From contig CAVPSB010000025.1 in the NCBI GenBank assembly GCA_963708025.1, positions 64,001-128,000 of the forward strand: a stretch of 64,000 nucleotides of DNA, given 5' to 3'. The notes below the pieces were generated by a model. That model made no database searches. It was given only the letters and a program-made list of their open reading frames with translations, and was not told the origin of the DNA. A program made the translations under genes and the position numbers. How positions within the stretch are numbered: the stretch's first letter is position 1; every line of letters begins with the position of its first letter. Shown here one piece after another: positions 30,754 to 40,679 of the stretch. The stretch comes from an uncultured Candidatus Rokubacteria bacterium. GTDB lineage: Bacteria > Methylomirabilota > Methylomirabilia > Rokubacteriales > DASRDR01.

Positions 30754-31245
30754 ATGCTGACCATCGAGGACGTGGCCAAGCAGTCCCGGGAGGAGCGCCT
30801 CGGGCGGATGACGCACACCGCCGACCAGATCGCCCTGGCGATCGGCGGCCAGCCCGAGGCCGTGCTCGCCAAGCGCCCGGCCATGAAGGCCTGGGCGGGC
30901 AAGGAGGTGGTCTGCCACCTCCGGGACACCGAGGAGTCGTTCATGCTCCGGTTCCAGACGATCGCGGCCATGGACGATCCGAAGCTCCTGCCCGCCGACC
31001 CCGACCGCTGGGCCGACGAGCGCCAGTACTCGCGGAACGACGCGGTCGAGGCGCTGCACGCCTTCCGGCGTCGCCGGGAGGAGTCGCTGGTTTACCTGCG
31101 GAGCCTCGCCCCCCAGCAGTGGCAGCGCGGCGGCGTGCACCCGACTCGGGGGCGGATGAGCGTCGACGACCTCGTCACCCTGATGGCCTGGCACGACGAG
31201 AATCACCTCGAGCAGCTCAAGCGCGCCGTCCGCGGGGAAGCTTAG
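30754..31245 (+). CDS. DinB family protein
   Basis: W..KEVVCHLRDTE and WHDENHLEQL motifs. Confidence 0.85.
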   Translation: MLTIEDVAKQSREERLGRMTHTADQIALAIGGQPEAVLAKRPAMKAWAGKEVVCHLRDTEESFMLRFQTIAAMDDPKLLPADPDRWADERQYSRNDAVEALHAFRRRREESLVYLRSLAPQQWQRGGVHPTRGRMSVDDLVTLMAWHDENHLEQLKRAVRGEA

Positions 31246-31302
31246 CGCGCCCAGCCCTACGGGCCCGATCCCCGACGCCACGTCTACCACCGTTATGGTA
31301 GT

Positions 31303-31602
31303 ATGGCTGACGTGGTCAAGGTGACATTCACGCTCGACGAGGCGACCGTCGATCAGCTCCGCCGTACAGCGGCCAGGGTGCGGAAGCCCCAGAGCCAGGT
31401 GGTGCGGGAGGCCATCGGGGAGTACGCCGCCCGCGCCGACAAGCTGAGCGAAGGCGAGCGTCAGCGCATGCTCGCGGCTCTCGACCGAGCGATCGGGCGA
31501 CCACCCAGCCGACCGGCCGCGGAGGTGGACGCGGAGCTGCGCGACATCCGCGCGGCCCGTCGCCGGTGGGGACGTCGCCGCCCAGCGAGCGCGCCTCGTT
31601 GA
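31303..31602 (+). CDS. vapB: Ribbon-helix-helix (CopG) antitoxin
   Basis: KVTFTLDE..SQVVREAI. Overlaps a PIN gene. Confidence 0.75.
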   Translation: MADVVKVTFTLDEATVDQLRRTAARVRKPQSQVVREAIGEYAARADKLSEGERQRMLAALDRAIGRPPSRPAAEVDAELRDIRAARRRWGRRRPASAPR

Positions 31603-31985
31603 TCCATCTCGACACGTCGGTGCTCGTGGACGCGCTGACCGGTGCACGACGCTCCGCACGCGCCCTCCGGCGGGTCATCGAGCAGGGCGAGCGCATCACG
31701 ATCTCGGCCCTGGTGCTGTACGAGTGGCTTCGAGGGCCGCGCGTCGAGACCGAGCTCGCGGACCAGGAGGAGCTCCTGCCGCGCGGGCAGGCGGTGCCCT
31801 TCGGTCCCGACGAGGCGGCTCTCGCGGCCCGGCTCTATAGCGCGGTGCCACGCGCCCGCCAGCGGGAGCTGGATCTCGCCGTCGCCGCCAGTGCGCTCAG
31901 CCACGAGGCGGCCCTCTGGACGCTGAACCCAGGAGACTTCCGCGACATCCCTGGTCTCACGCTCTACCGTGCGGAGTCCCGCTGA
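31599..31985 (+). CDS. vapC: PIN-domain toxin VapC
   Basis: TTG start, IHLDTSVLVD, LYEWLRG, DLAVAASA, LWTLN.GDF. Confidence 0.85.
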   Translation: MIHLDTSVLVDALTGARRSARALRRVIEQGERITISALVLYEWLRGPRVETELADQEELLPRGQAVPFGPDEAALAARLYSAVPRARQRELDLAVAASALSHEAALWTLNPGDFRDIPGLTLYRAESR

Positions 31986-32122
31986 GGTGTGGCTCACCGA
32001 GCAGGCGTGAATCGGCGGTCAGGAGGGACCCGCTCTCGCCGCCGGGCTCGAGCTGGCATGATCACTCGCTTCCCGGCCGATGTCGCCGACGGCGGTCACG
32101 CATGCGTTGATACGCTACGCTG

Positions 32123-32266
32123 GACGGCTCCCGCTTCCGCCGCCCATCGGTTTCTCGCGACCCTTGATCCGGCCGAGCGGCCGGGGCGTTCCACTCCGAG
32201 TCGCGGCTTCGCCGCGGCCTCCGAGGGGGGGCATCGGGGGGGTCTTCCGAGACCCCCCCGAAATCT
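32123..32266 (-). repeat. Repeat family C copy with terminal hairpin
   Basis: CGCGGCTTCGCCGCG and TCGGGGGGGTC-TTCCGA-GACCCCCCCGA. Homologous to 60297-60457 and abuts the tenA stop. Confidence 0.75.
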
Positions 32267-32938
32267 TCACACCGGCCAGGTCTCGCGGCGCCAGGCCATC
32301 TCCCAGAAGAGGTACTCGTAGCGGCTGGAGGTGAGGAACGCCTCCTCGACCCGCCGGCGCCCGGCCTCGCCGGCGTTCTCGGCCAGCCGGTCCACGAGGT
32401 CGCGACACCACTCGGCCAGCCCGACGAACCCGGGGTCGGCGTACATCTCGATCCACTTCGCGTAACGCGGCTCGGCTGGCAGGCCGCGCGCCTGCAGCAC
32501 CTGCCCGATCTCGGCGAACCCCCACATGCAGGGCAGGAGGGCGGCGACGAGCTCCGCGAAGTCGCCGGTGGCGGCCACGCGGATCAGGAAGTCGGTGTAG
32601 GCCCGGGTGGTCGGGGCCATCGGCTCACGCTCCAGCTCGGCCTCGGTGATGCCGAACTCGCGGGCGTAGGCCCGGTGGAGGTCCATCTCGGTCCGCGCCG
32701 TCGCCTGCAGGAGATCGGCGAAGCGGCCGAGCGTGTCGAGATCGGGGGCCCGGGCCGCGGCCAGGCCGAAGAGGCGGGAGTACTCGATCAGGAACCGGTA
32801 GTCCTGGCGGACCCAGTGGGTGAACCGCTCGAGGTCGAGGCTGCCGTCCCCGATGCCGCGGACGAACGGGTGCTCGTGCTGGGCCCGCCAGATCGGCTCG
32901 GCGAGGGCGCGGAGGGCGTCGGTGAGCCGCGGGGCCAT
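32267..32938 (-). CDS. tenA: Thiaminase II
   Basis: HPFV..GDGSL..F..QD..FL, YTDFL, ALLPCMWG, EYLFWEMA motifs. Confidence 0.92.
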   Translation of the reverse strand: MAPRLTDALRALAEPIWRAQHEHPFVRGIGDGSLDLERFTHWVRQDYRFLIEYSRLFGLAAARAPDLDTLGRFADLLQATARTEMDLHRAYAREFGITEAELEREPMAPTTRAYTDFLIRVAATGDFAELVAALLPCMWGFAEIGQVLQARGLPAEPRYAKWIEMYADPGFVGLAEWCRDLVDRLAENAGEAGRRRVEEAFLTSSRYEYLFWEMAWRRETWPV

Positions 32939-32948
32939 GGGAGCGGCG

Positions 32949-33539
32949 CTACCCCGGGTCCGGACGGCGGCGCGCGCGCGTGGTGCCGGTCCACTCCTTG
33001 ACCAGCTCGTGGGGGATGCCGAAGCGGTCGAGGACGCGGCCGACGGTGTGGTTCACGACGTCGTCCACCGTTCGGGGGCGGGGGTAGAAGGCCGGCAAGG
33101 GCGGCAGGATGACGCCGCCCATCTCGGCGAGGGCCAGCATCGCCCGCAGGTGGCCGAGGTGGAGCGGCGTCTCCCGCACCACGGCCACGAGCGGGCGCCC
33201 CTCCTTGAGGGTCACGTCACCGGCCCGAGCGATGAGCGTCCCCGCCAGCGAGTGGGCCACGGCCGAGAGCGTCCCGACGTCGCAAGGCGCGACGACCATG
33301 CCGGCCGTCCGGAACGAGCCGCTGGCCAGCGCGGCGCCGATGTCCCGATCGTCGTAGACCGCCGTCGCCAGCGCCTCGACGTGCTCGACCGGGTAGTCCG
33401 TCTCCTCCGTGATGATCCGCCGCGCCTCCCGGCTGACGACCAGGTGGGTCTCGACGTCGGGGGCGCCCCGCAGCACTTCCAGGAGCCGGATCCCGTAGAT
33501 GGCGCCGGTCGCGCCCGCGATGCCGACGACCAGTCTCAT
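32949..33539 (-). CDS. ubiX: Flavin prenyltransferase UbiX
   Basis: LVVGIAGATG, ASGSF, RAGDVTLKE, VRETP, PAFY motifs. Confidence 0.93.
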   Translation of the reverse strand: MRLVVGIAGATGAIYGIRLLEVLRGAPDVETHLVVSREARRIITEETDYPVEHVEALATAVYDDRDIGAALASGSFRTAGMVVAPCDVGTLSAVAHSLAGTLIARAGDVTLKEGRPLVAVVRETPLHLGHLRAMLALAEMGGVILPPLPAFYPRPRTVDDVVNHTVGRVLDRFGIPHELVKEWTGTTRARRRPDPG

Positions 33540-35111
33540 GACAGAGCGCCGTCCCACAGCCCGCGCAGGGCCTCGCGGGCCACCTTGCCGCGGTCGTTCT
33601 TCGGGATCGCGTCCACCAGGCGGAGGTGCCGCGGGCACTTGAACTCCGACAGCCGGGAGCGGCAGTGGGCCAGGAGGTCGGCCGGCGTGAGCGCGATCCC
33701 GGGCCGGGCCACGACGAAGCAGGCGATCGCCTCCCCGTAGACGGGGTCGGGCACGCCGATGGTGGCCGCCTCGGCGACGCCGGGGTGGGCGAGGAGGGCC
33801 GTCGTGACCTCCATCGGCGCGACGTTGACGCCGCCCCGGATGATGAGGTCCTTCTTGCGTCCCGTGAGGTAGAGGTAACCGTCAGCATCCGCGTGGCCGA
33901 GGTCGCCGGTCCGGAAGCCCTCGGGCGGGATGGGGACGAGCCGGCCGCCCTCGGTCAGGTAGGCGCTGGCCATCGCCGGCCCGCCGACGACCAGCTCGCC
34001 CTCGACCCCCGGCCGGCACGTCACGCCCGCGTCGTCCACGAACCGGGCGTCGAGGTACGGAACCGCCGGGCCGATCGAGCCCGGCCGCGGAGCGTCCGGC
34101 GGGTTGATCGCCATGAAGCCGGCCTCGGTCATGCCGCAGCCCTGGACGATCGGGATGCGGTAGCGGTCCTCGAACGCGCGCTGGGTGTCGGGAGACAGGG
34201 GCGCCGCGCTCGAGGTCATGAAGCGCAGGCTCGGAAGGTCGTCGCCCGTCACCGCGAGCGGCGTCTCGAGCAGCATGCTGAAGACGGTCGGGACGCCGGC
34301 GGCGATGGTCACCGCCTGATCGCGGATCCAGTCGAAGAGCTGCCGGCGTGAGAACCGGGGCGCGAGGACGAGGGTGGCCCCGGCCTGGAGGCTGGGGCCG
34401 AGCGAGAGGCACTGGGACGACGCCCAGGACAGCGCCCGGTATTCGAGGAGCCGGTCGGCGCCGGTGATCCCGAGCCGCTCGACCAGCGAGCGGGCCATGT
34501 AGAACCACGCCGCGTGGCTGATGCAGACCCCCCGGGGGGTCGCGGTGGTCCCCGACGTGTAGTCCAGGAGCCCGATGGCGTCCGGGCCGCCCACCCGGCG
34601 CTCGCCGGGCGTCGCCGGGAGGCATCCGAGGGCGCCGAACAGCGCGTCGAAGGGCAGGGCCTCGGCGCCCGCTCCCCGGGCGAGCGCGACGAGCTCGTCC
34701 GGGAGGCCCGGCTGCCAGAACACGAGACGCGGCCCGGCGTCGTCGAGCATCTGGCCGGCGTTCTTCGCGTTCACCTCGACGTTGATCGGGTTCGCCGTGG
34801 CCCCGTAGCGCTGGATGCCGAGGAGGCAGACGACCAGCTCCAGGCAGTTGTCGCTCAGCACGGAGACCCGGTCGTTGGCCCGCAGGCCGCGGTCGGCCAG
34901 GAGACGGGCGAGGCGGCTGGTCAGCGCGTCCAGCTCGGCGAACGTGAGCCGCCCGGGCGGGTCGAGGGACTCGAGGTAGACCCGCCCGCCTCGCTCCCTG
35001 GGCGTGCCCGGCGATGAGGGAATCGATGTCGCGGTAGGCGACCACGCTCCCCCTCACCTCTACCCTCTCCCCCGCTGGCGGCGGGGGAGAGGGAGAAGAG
35101 GTCGAGGCCAT
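33536..35111 (-). CDS. AMP-dependent acyl/aryl-CoA ligase, with apparent +1 frameshift ~35001 (alternative start GTG 35045)
   Basis: YTSGTT..PRG, GMTE, RTGDLG, GRKKDLIIRGG, GKV motifs. N-terminus is in the adjacent frame. Confidence 0.85.
35049..35094. repeat. REP/RPE-like palindrome (family E)
   Basis: CCCCTCACCTCTACCCTCTCCCCCGC-TGGCG-GCGGGGGAGAGGG. Confidence 0.7.
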
Positions 35112-35115
35112 CGAT

Positions 35116-36666
35116 CTATACGCCGCGCTCGGCCATCCACTTGGCGTAGCCGTGCTGGGAGGCGCGGGCGCGCTCGATCTGCTCGGGGGTGAACCACCGG
35201 GCCAGGTCCACCAGCTCGACCTCGTAGCGGGCCCGCTCGAAGGCGTCCTTGTAGACGAACGGCACGGTGGCGTCGATGGCGAGGCCACCCTGGAATCGGA
35301 TGTTGCTCTGGGTCCAGTCGCGCTCGCCGGCGGTCGAGCGGGCGCTGGGCTGGAACGTCTGGCCGAAGCCACCGGCGCAGACCGTCTGGATGCTCTCGGG
35401 CGTCGTCCGGGTCGCCATCGCCCACAGGATGTCCTCGGGCGTGTAGATGTCGATGTCCTCGTCCACCGCGATCGCCAGCTTCATGCCGAGCGAGATCGAC
35501 ATGGCGGCGGTGAGGATGTTGCGCTGGAGCCCCTCGTCCCGCTGCCGGCGCTTCTTCACCTGGAAGAGCACGCCGCCCCAGTCGGTCAGCCCCATCGGGA
35601 TGTGGGTGTCCACGCAGAAGCCGGGCGAGATCCGGTCGGCCACCTCGAAGAAGGCCGCCTCCCGCATGGACACGTCGATGTAGTGGTCGTCCATGCCGTG
35701 GACGATGAGACCGTAGTAGATCGGCTTGTCCCGGCGGTGGGTGATCGCGGTCGCCTGGAACTTGTAGGTCCGGTAGGACTTGCCCATGTAGCCGGCCCAC
35801 TCCGGGTGGAAGGGGTAGACGCCCTGCTTCCCGTCCTTCTCGGCGACCGGGCTCTCCCACACCTTCTGGGTCGTGTCGAGGTAGCCCTCGATCACGTACT
35901 CGGCGTTGGCGATCGCCCAGGCGTCCACCGTCCGGGCCTTCACGAGCTCGACCGGGAAGCCCTGGAGCGCCCCCGCCACCCCCAGCTCGTCCGCCCCCTT
36001 GGGCAGGATCATGTAGGTGAAGCCGGAGCCGGCCATCATCGTGCAGGCTGGCGGCACCCCGATGTTGATCGTCATCGGGATCGGCTCCTGGCGGTACCAG
36101 TGGGTCGCCACCATGTCCATGTGGGAGCCGGGGGAGATCTGGAAGCTCGAGTAGTCGGGGCCCCGGAAGTTCATCCGGTTGTAGCCGATGTGGGAGCCGC
36201 CCCAGAAGAACCGGCCGCGCACGACCGTGTTGCCGGCGCCGAGGGTCCGGCCGGGGTCGGACTTCGAGTGCGAGATCATGGGGACCCGGTCCCACACGTC
36301 GATGTCCCGGGTGACGACCACCTCCTGGCACGGCGCGTCCTTCACCTCGATCGGCGGGAGGGGCTGGCGGATCGCTTCCACCGCCTTGAACTTGAACTTC
36401 CGGGGGTCCTCGACGCCGAACAGCCGGGCGATGCGGTCGGCCGAGGCGTAGATGTTGTTGGCGAGCCGGGCGTTGGGGTAGCCCTTGACCCGCTCGAAGA
36501 GCAGCGGCGGCCCGCCGTCCAGCCGCTTCTGGATGGCGGCCAGCTCGAGGTGGGGGTCGATCTCGACCTCGGAGGCAAGCAGCTCGCCCGTCTCCCGCAG
36601 GTATTCGAGCGTGCTGCGGAGGCTCGAGATGTCCTTCTTGGTGATGGTCGGGGTCGTTTTGGCCAT
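35116..36666 (-). CDS. UbiD family prFMN-dependent (de)carboxylase
   Basis: LRSTLEYL..GEL, PLLFERVKG, GYNRM, AEYVIEG, AVDEDIDIY..WAMATR, IDATVP motifs. Confidence 0.9.
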   Translation of the reverse strand: MAKTTPTITKKDISSLRSTLEYLRETGELLASEVEIDPHLELAAIQKRLDGGPPLLFERVKGYPNARLANNIYASADRIARLFGVEDPRKFKFKAVEAIRQPLPPIEVKDAPCQEVVVTRDIDVWDRVPMISHSKSDPGRTLGAGNTVVRGRFFWGGSHIGYNRMNFRGPDYSSFQISPGSHMDMVATHWYRQEPIPMTINIGVPPACTMMAGSGFTYMILPKGADELGVAGALQGFPVELVKARTVDAWAIANAEYVIEGYLDTTQKVWESPVAEKDGKQGVYPFHPEWAGYMGKSYRTYKFQATAITHRRDKPIYYGLIVHGMDDHYIDVSMREAAFFEVADRISPGFCVDTHIPMGLTDWGGVLFQVKKRRQRDEGLQRNILTAAMSISLGMKLAIAVDEDIDIYTPEDILWAMATRTTPESIQTVCAGGFGQTFQPSARSTAGERDWTQSNIRFQGGLAIDATVPFVYKDAFERARYEVELVDLARWFTPEQIERARASQHGYAKWMAERGV

Positions 36667-36678
36667 GGCTCCTCCGGA

Positions 36679-37041
36679 CTAAAGACGTTCCGGCTCGGCG
36701 ACCGTCCGCTCGCTGGACACGTTGCCGGTGTTGAGCGTTCCCTTCGGCTCGAGCAGCACCACGTGGACCTCGTCGGTCAGCGCGACGGGGCAGTGCTCGA
36801 TGCCGCGGGGGACGATGATGAACTCGCCAGGGCCCACCTCACGGTCGCCGTCACGGAGCCGCATGCGGAGCCGCCCGGCGACCACCAGGAACAGCTCGTC
36901 TTCCCGGTCGTGATGGTGCCAGACGAACTCACCCGCGAGCTTGACCACCTTCACGTGCATGTCGTTCACGTCGCCCACGACCTTCGGCGACCAGTGGTCA
37001 GCGAACCGTCCGAACGTCTCCGCGAGGTTGACGACCCGCAT
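36679..37041 (-). CDS. Cupin domain protein
   Basis: GEFVWHHH..EDELF, PRGIEHCP motifs. Confidence 0.9.
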   Translation of the reverse strand: MRVVNLAETFGRFADHWSPKVVGDVNDMHVKVVKLAGEFVWHHHDREDELFLVVAGRLRMRLRDGDREVGPGEFIIVPRGIEHCPVALTDEVHVVLLEPKGTLNTGNVSSERTVAEPERL

Positions 37042-37067
37042 CGCCTCCACGACCTCCTCATCGTCTC

Positions 37068-37418
37068 CTACTGGCAGAGCTGCCGTGCATGGGTCGGAAC
37101 CCAGACCGTCTCCCGCTGTCCGTTCGGCATCACGCGGGTCTCGGCGTGGCCTTCCACCGTCACGGTCTGGCAATTCCTGGCGGACCCGCCCGGGGCGCCC
37201 GGGGCCGCCGGCGCCTGGCCCGGGCTCGCGCTGGGCGGCGGGGGAGCCATCGCGGGTGCCCCCTGGGGCGGCGGCGCGGCCCCTCTGACGGGCGGCGGCC
37301 CGGATGGGGGGGGCGGGTACACGTAGGCCGGAGGAGGATACGGCGATACCACATAGCAGCCGGACAGCCCGACGCAGCTGAGACCGATCACGACCACCCC
37401 GGTCCAGACTCGCTTCAT
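37068..37418 (-). CDS. Proline-rich lipoprotein
   Basis: Lipobox LSGC, Pro-rich linker, C-terminal CQTVTVEGH..WVP..CQ. Confidence 0.7.
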   Translation of the reverse strand: MKRVWTGVVVIGLSCVGLSGCYVVSPYPPPAYVYPPPPSGPPPVRGAAPPPQGAPAMAPPPPSASPGQAPAAPGAPGGSARNCQTVTVEGHAETRVMPNGQRETVWVPTHARQLCQ

Positions 37419-37446
37419 CGTTCGTCCTCTCATGCCTCCGTCTCTC

Positions 37447-38310
37447 CTATCGCTCCGGCATCAGGCCACCGGGGCGGAACAGGACGAAGAGGACCAGCAG
37501 GGCTCCGAAGACCATCTGGCGGAGGTTGGCGCCGACCTCGGCCGGGAGATCGAGGAACCGGAGCGCCTCCGGGATCAGGAGCATCACCGGGGCCCCGAGC
37601 CACGGGCCCCAGAAGTTGCCGAGCCCGCCGATCATCACGATCGACAGGATGAACATCGACTCCTCGATCCCGAAGGTCCGCGGGCTGATGTACGAGAGGT
37701 GGGCCGCCATCAGGCTGCCGGCGGCCGCCGCCATGGCGCAGCCGACCACGAAGACCGAGACCTTGTAGTAGGTGACGCTCTTGCCGAGGGACTGCACCGC
37801 GGCCTCGTCTTCCCGGATGCCCCGGAGCACGCGCCCATAGGGAGACCGCCCGAGCCGCCAGGCCGCCCCGCAGCAGACCGCGGCCACCAGCCCGGTGGGG
37901 ACCAGGAAGGCGCGATACGAGTCGAACGAGAGCCCCAGGAGCGACGGCTTCGGGATGCCGGGGAGTCCCATCGGGCCGCGCGTCAACGCGGTCCAGTTCA
38001 GGAGCACGGTCACGATGATAACCTGGAAGGCGAACGACGCGATGACGTAGTAGTTCCCGCGCAGGCGAAGCGACAGCCAGGCCAGCCCCAAGGCCACCGC
38101 CGCCGCCACCGCCATCCCGGCCAGCACGGTCGGGAAGAAGCTCCAGCCGTGGACGACGGTGAGGACACCCGTCGCGTAGGCGCCCAGCGCCATGAAGGCG
38201 GCGTGGGCTACCGAGAACATGCCGGCGGAGCCCATGATCAGGTTCAGCGAGACCCCCAGGATCACGTAGATCAGCGTCGTGACGGCCAGGTAGAGAAGGT
38301 ACGTCCCCAC
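37447..38310 (-). CDS. ABC permease (LivM-like)
   Basis: SVAHAAF, TRGPMGL, REDEAAVQSLG motifs. Confidence 0.9.
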   Translation of the reverse strand: MGTYLLYLAVTTLIYVILGVSLNLIMGSAGMFSVAHAAFMALGAYATGVLTVVHGWSFFPTVLAGMAVAAAVALGLAWLSLRLRGNYYVIASFAFQVIIVTVLLNWTALTRGPMGLPGIPKPSLLGLSFDSYRAFLVPTGLVAAVCCGAAWRLGRSPYGRVLRGIREDEAAVQSLGKSVTYYKVSVFVVGCAMAAAAGSLMAAHLSYISPRTFGIEESMFILSIVMIGGLGNFWGPWLGAPVMLLIPEALRFLDLPAEVGANLRQMVFGALLVLFVLFRPGGLMPER

Positions 38311-38312
38311 GC

Positions 38313-38554
38313 TCAGGTCCCTCGAAGCGCCAGGATCGTGGCGGATGCGTCCAGATCTCGGGGGCGGGGTCGAGGAGCGAGCAGCGCCCCGGGAGGCGTT
38401 CGAAGGACGCAGGGAGTCGCCGACCGCAGGCGTACTCCCAGTACGCCGAGGATCGGCGACGACCGAGGACGACCATAGGTCGGGACGGACGCGAGGCCGT
38501 AGGCCGAGCGCGTCCCGACCGAGATGAACGTTGCGAAGCTCATCGGCCCCGCCC
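38313..38554 (-). repeat. Repeat family B copy carrying a 76-aa ORF (38313-38543)
   Basis: Reverse complement is highly similar to 13466-13727 (MSFATFISVGTRSAYG..PILGVLGVRLRSATPCV..ALLAPRPRPR). Confidence 0.85.
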
Positions 38555-39442
38555 CTAGACCTCGTGGCGCTCGAGCCGCCGGCCTACCAGCCCCGTCGGC
38601 CGGGCGAGGATGAAGACGAGCATGACCCCGAAGGCCAGCGCCTCCCGCCAGGCGGCGTCGATCCGCCACAGGCCGAGATTCAAGGCGAGCCCCAGGATCA
38701 GGCCACCGAGGGCCGCCCCCGTGAAGGTGTCGGCACCGCCGACCAGGACCGCGATCGCCGCCACCAGCACGACCGGCAGGCCGCGGCCCGGCTCCAGCCC
38801 CACGTCCACCGCCCCCATGGCGGCCGACACCGCGGCCAGGGCCGAGCCGAGCCCGAAGGCGAGGAGGCGGACGCGCCCGATGTCGATGCCGACGATCCGG
38901 GCCATGGTCGGGTTGATGGTGACCGCCCGCAGCGCCTGACCGGCCGCGGTGCACCGGCGGAGCCAGTTGAGCAGCGCCAGGCAGCCGCCGGCGACGGCCA
39001 GGCCGATGAGCTGGAGGTAGGTGAACACGATGGGGCCGAGTGGGATGGCCTCCTGGAGGCGGGCCCCCACGCTCACCGTCTTGTTGTCGCCGCCGAAGAT
39101 CATCTCGACCGCGTTGTCGATGAAGATCAGCGTGCCGATGGACGCCACCAGCACCAGCATGTGGGAGGCGCCTCGCCGGGTGAGCGGCCGATAGATGACC
39201 AGCTCGATCAGGATCCCGAGGAGGGCGGCCAGCCCGACGGTGAGGCCCAGCGCGAGCCAGAAGGGGAGCCGCGCCAGCGTCACGAAGGCGTAGAGCATGT
39301 AGCCCGCCACCCCGTACACCGCGCCGTGGGCGACGTGGAAGATGCGAGTGGCCCCGAAGATCAGCGCGAAGCCCAGGGCGAGCAGGGCGAAGGCGCTGCC
39401 CTCGACGAGCCCGTTGGCGAGGAGCTGGAGCGGCATCGACAT
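38555..39442 (-). CDS. ABC permease (LivH-like)
   Basis: LALGFALIFG..HVAHG, GQALRAV motifs. Confidence 0.9.
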   Translation of the reverse strand: MSMPLQLLANGLVEGSAFALLALGFALIFGATRIFHVAHGAVYGVAGYMLYAFVTLARLPFWLALGLTVGLAALLGILIELVIYRPLTRRGASHMLVLVASIGTLIFIDNAVEMIFGGDNKTVSVGARLQEAIPLGPIVFTYLQLIGLAVAGGCLALLNWLRRCTAAGQALRAVTINPTMARIVGIDIGRVRLLAFGLGSALAAVSAAMGAVDVGLEPGRGLPVVLVAAIAVLVGGADTFTGAALGGLILGLALNLGLWRIDAAWREALAFGVMLVFILARPTGLVGRRLERHEV

Positions 39443-39445
39443 CGT

Positions 39446-39519
39446 CCCCTCGCACCCTGCACGGAGGAGAGGGTCGGGAGGGGAAGAGCTCTAGGTTCCT
39501 TGAAGCATCGGCCCCGCCC
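39446..39519 (-). repeat. Minimal family B remnant (39491-39519) plus family E palindrome (39446-39486)
   Basis: TAG GGGCGGGGCCG ATG CTT CAA GGA ACC TAG, then CCCCTCCCGACCCTCTCC..GAGGGGAC. Confidence 0.65.
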
Positions 39520-40650
39520 CTAATCCCGGTAGGTCGCGAACTTGCCGTCCTTTACCGTCTTGAAGGTTACCGGGAGGGTGACGGCGCCGTCCCGGTCGAA
39601 CGCGATCGTGCCGAGGACGCCATGGTGGCCCTTGATCTGGGAGAGGCCGTTCTTGATCCCGTCGCCGGAGTAGCCGCCCAGCTCGATCGCCCTGGCGATG
39701 AGGTGGATCGCGTCGTAGTGCGTGGCGACGTAGAGGATCGCGTCCTGGTTGTACCGGCTCCGGTACCGCTCTCCGAAGGCCTTCATGGCCGGGGTCCCGG
39801 TCTGGGGGTCGAAGGCGTTGTCGACGTAGACGAAGCCCTCGGCGGCGCCCTCGGCCAGCTCGAGCATCGCCTGGGTCACCCCCTCGGCCGAGCCGAACCA
39901 GGGCGCGGTGATCCCGAGCTGCTTGGCCTGCTTGAGGACCCGGCCGGTGTCCGAGCCGGTGCCGATCAGGACCAGGCCCTCGGGGTTCAGGGCCTTGGCC
40001 TTGGTCAGCGGCGACTTGAAGTCAGTGGGGTGTCCGGTGTAGAGGATCTCCTCGAGCACCGTCCCCCCCTTGTCGGCGAAGACCTTCTTGAAGACCTTGG
40101 CGTTGCTCAGCCCGTACTCGGTGTTCTCCCCGAAGAACACGACCTTGCGGAGCTTCTTCCGGTCGGCCACGAAGCTGGCCAGCTCGGAGGCGCTGACGAC
40201 GGCGTCGTTGAGGTTGCTGAAGGTGTAGTCGCCGGCGGTCCGGATGTCGGCCGAGTTGGCGGCGGCGTTGAAGTTGACGACCTTGTACTTCTCGGCCACC
40301 GGGGCGATGGCGAGGACCGCGTCGCTGCCGCCGGTGATCACCACCGGGACCCGGTCCACCTCGGCCAGCTTGATGAAGCCGGAGACCGCCCGCTTGGTCT
40401 CGTAGCCCCAGTCCTCCACGATCACCTCGAGCTTCTTGCCCTTGACGCCGCCCGCCTTGTTGATCTCCTCGACCGCCATCTCGACGCCGCGGTTCATGAC
40501 CTCGCCGTAGAACTTGCCGCGGCCCGACATGATGAGGAGCGCGCCGATCCGGTAGGTGTCCTCGGCGGCCCCGCCCCTGCCGAGTGGCACCAGGAGGGCG
40601 CCGAGAGTGGCGGCCACGACCAGCAGGACGATCGCGCGCTTCGTGATCAT
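39520..40650 (-). CDS. ABC substrate-binding protein (Liv/PBP1 type)
   Basis: Signal peptide, GVEMAVEEIN..GGVKG, ENTEYG motifs. Confidence 0.9.
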   Translation of the reverse strand: MITKRAIVLLVVAATLGALLVPLGRGGAAEDTYRIGALLIMSGRGKFYGEVMNRGVEMAVEEINKAGGVKGKKLEVIVEDWGYETKRAVSGFIKLAEVDRVPVVITGGSDAVLAIAPVAEKYKVVNFNAAANSADIRTAGDYTFSNLNDAVVSASELASFVADRKKLRKVVFFGENTEYGLSNAKVFKKVFADKGGTVLEEILYTGHPTDFKSPLTKAKALNPEGLVLIGTGSDTGRVLKQAKQLGITAPWFGSAEGVTQAMLELAEGAAEGFVYVDNAFDPQTGTPAMKAFGERYRSRYNQDAILYVATHYDAIHLIARAIELGGYSGDGIKNGLSQIKGHHGVLGTIAFDRDGAVTLPVTFKTVKDGKFATYRD

Positions 40651-40679
40651 GGCGGCTCTCCTCTCGTTGGGCCCGCGTG

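Noticed and set aside
32939-32948. TPP riboswitch upstream of tenA
   Set aside because: Only 10 nt separate ubiX and tenA, leaving no room for an aptamer.
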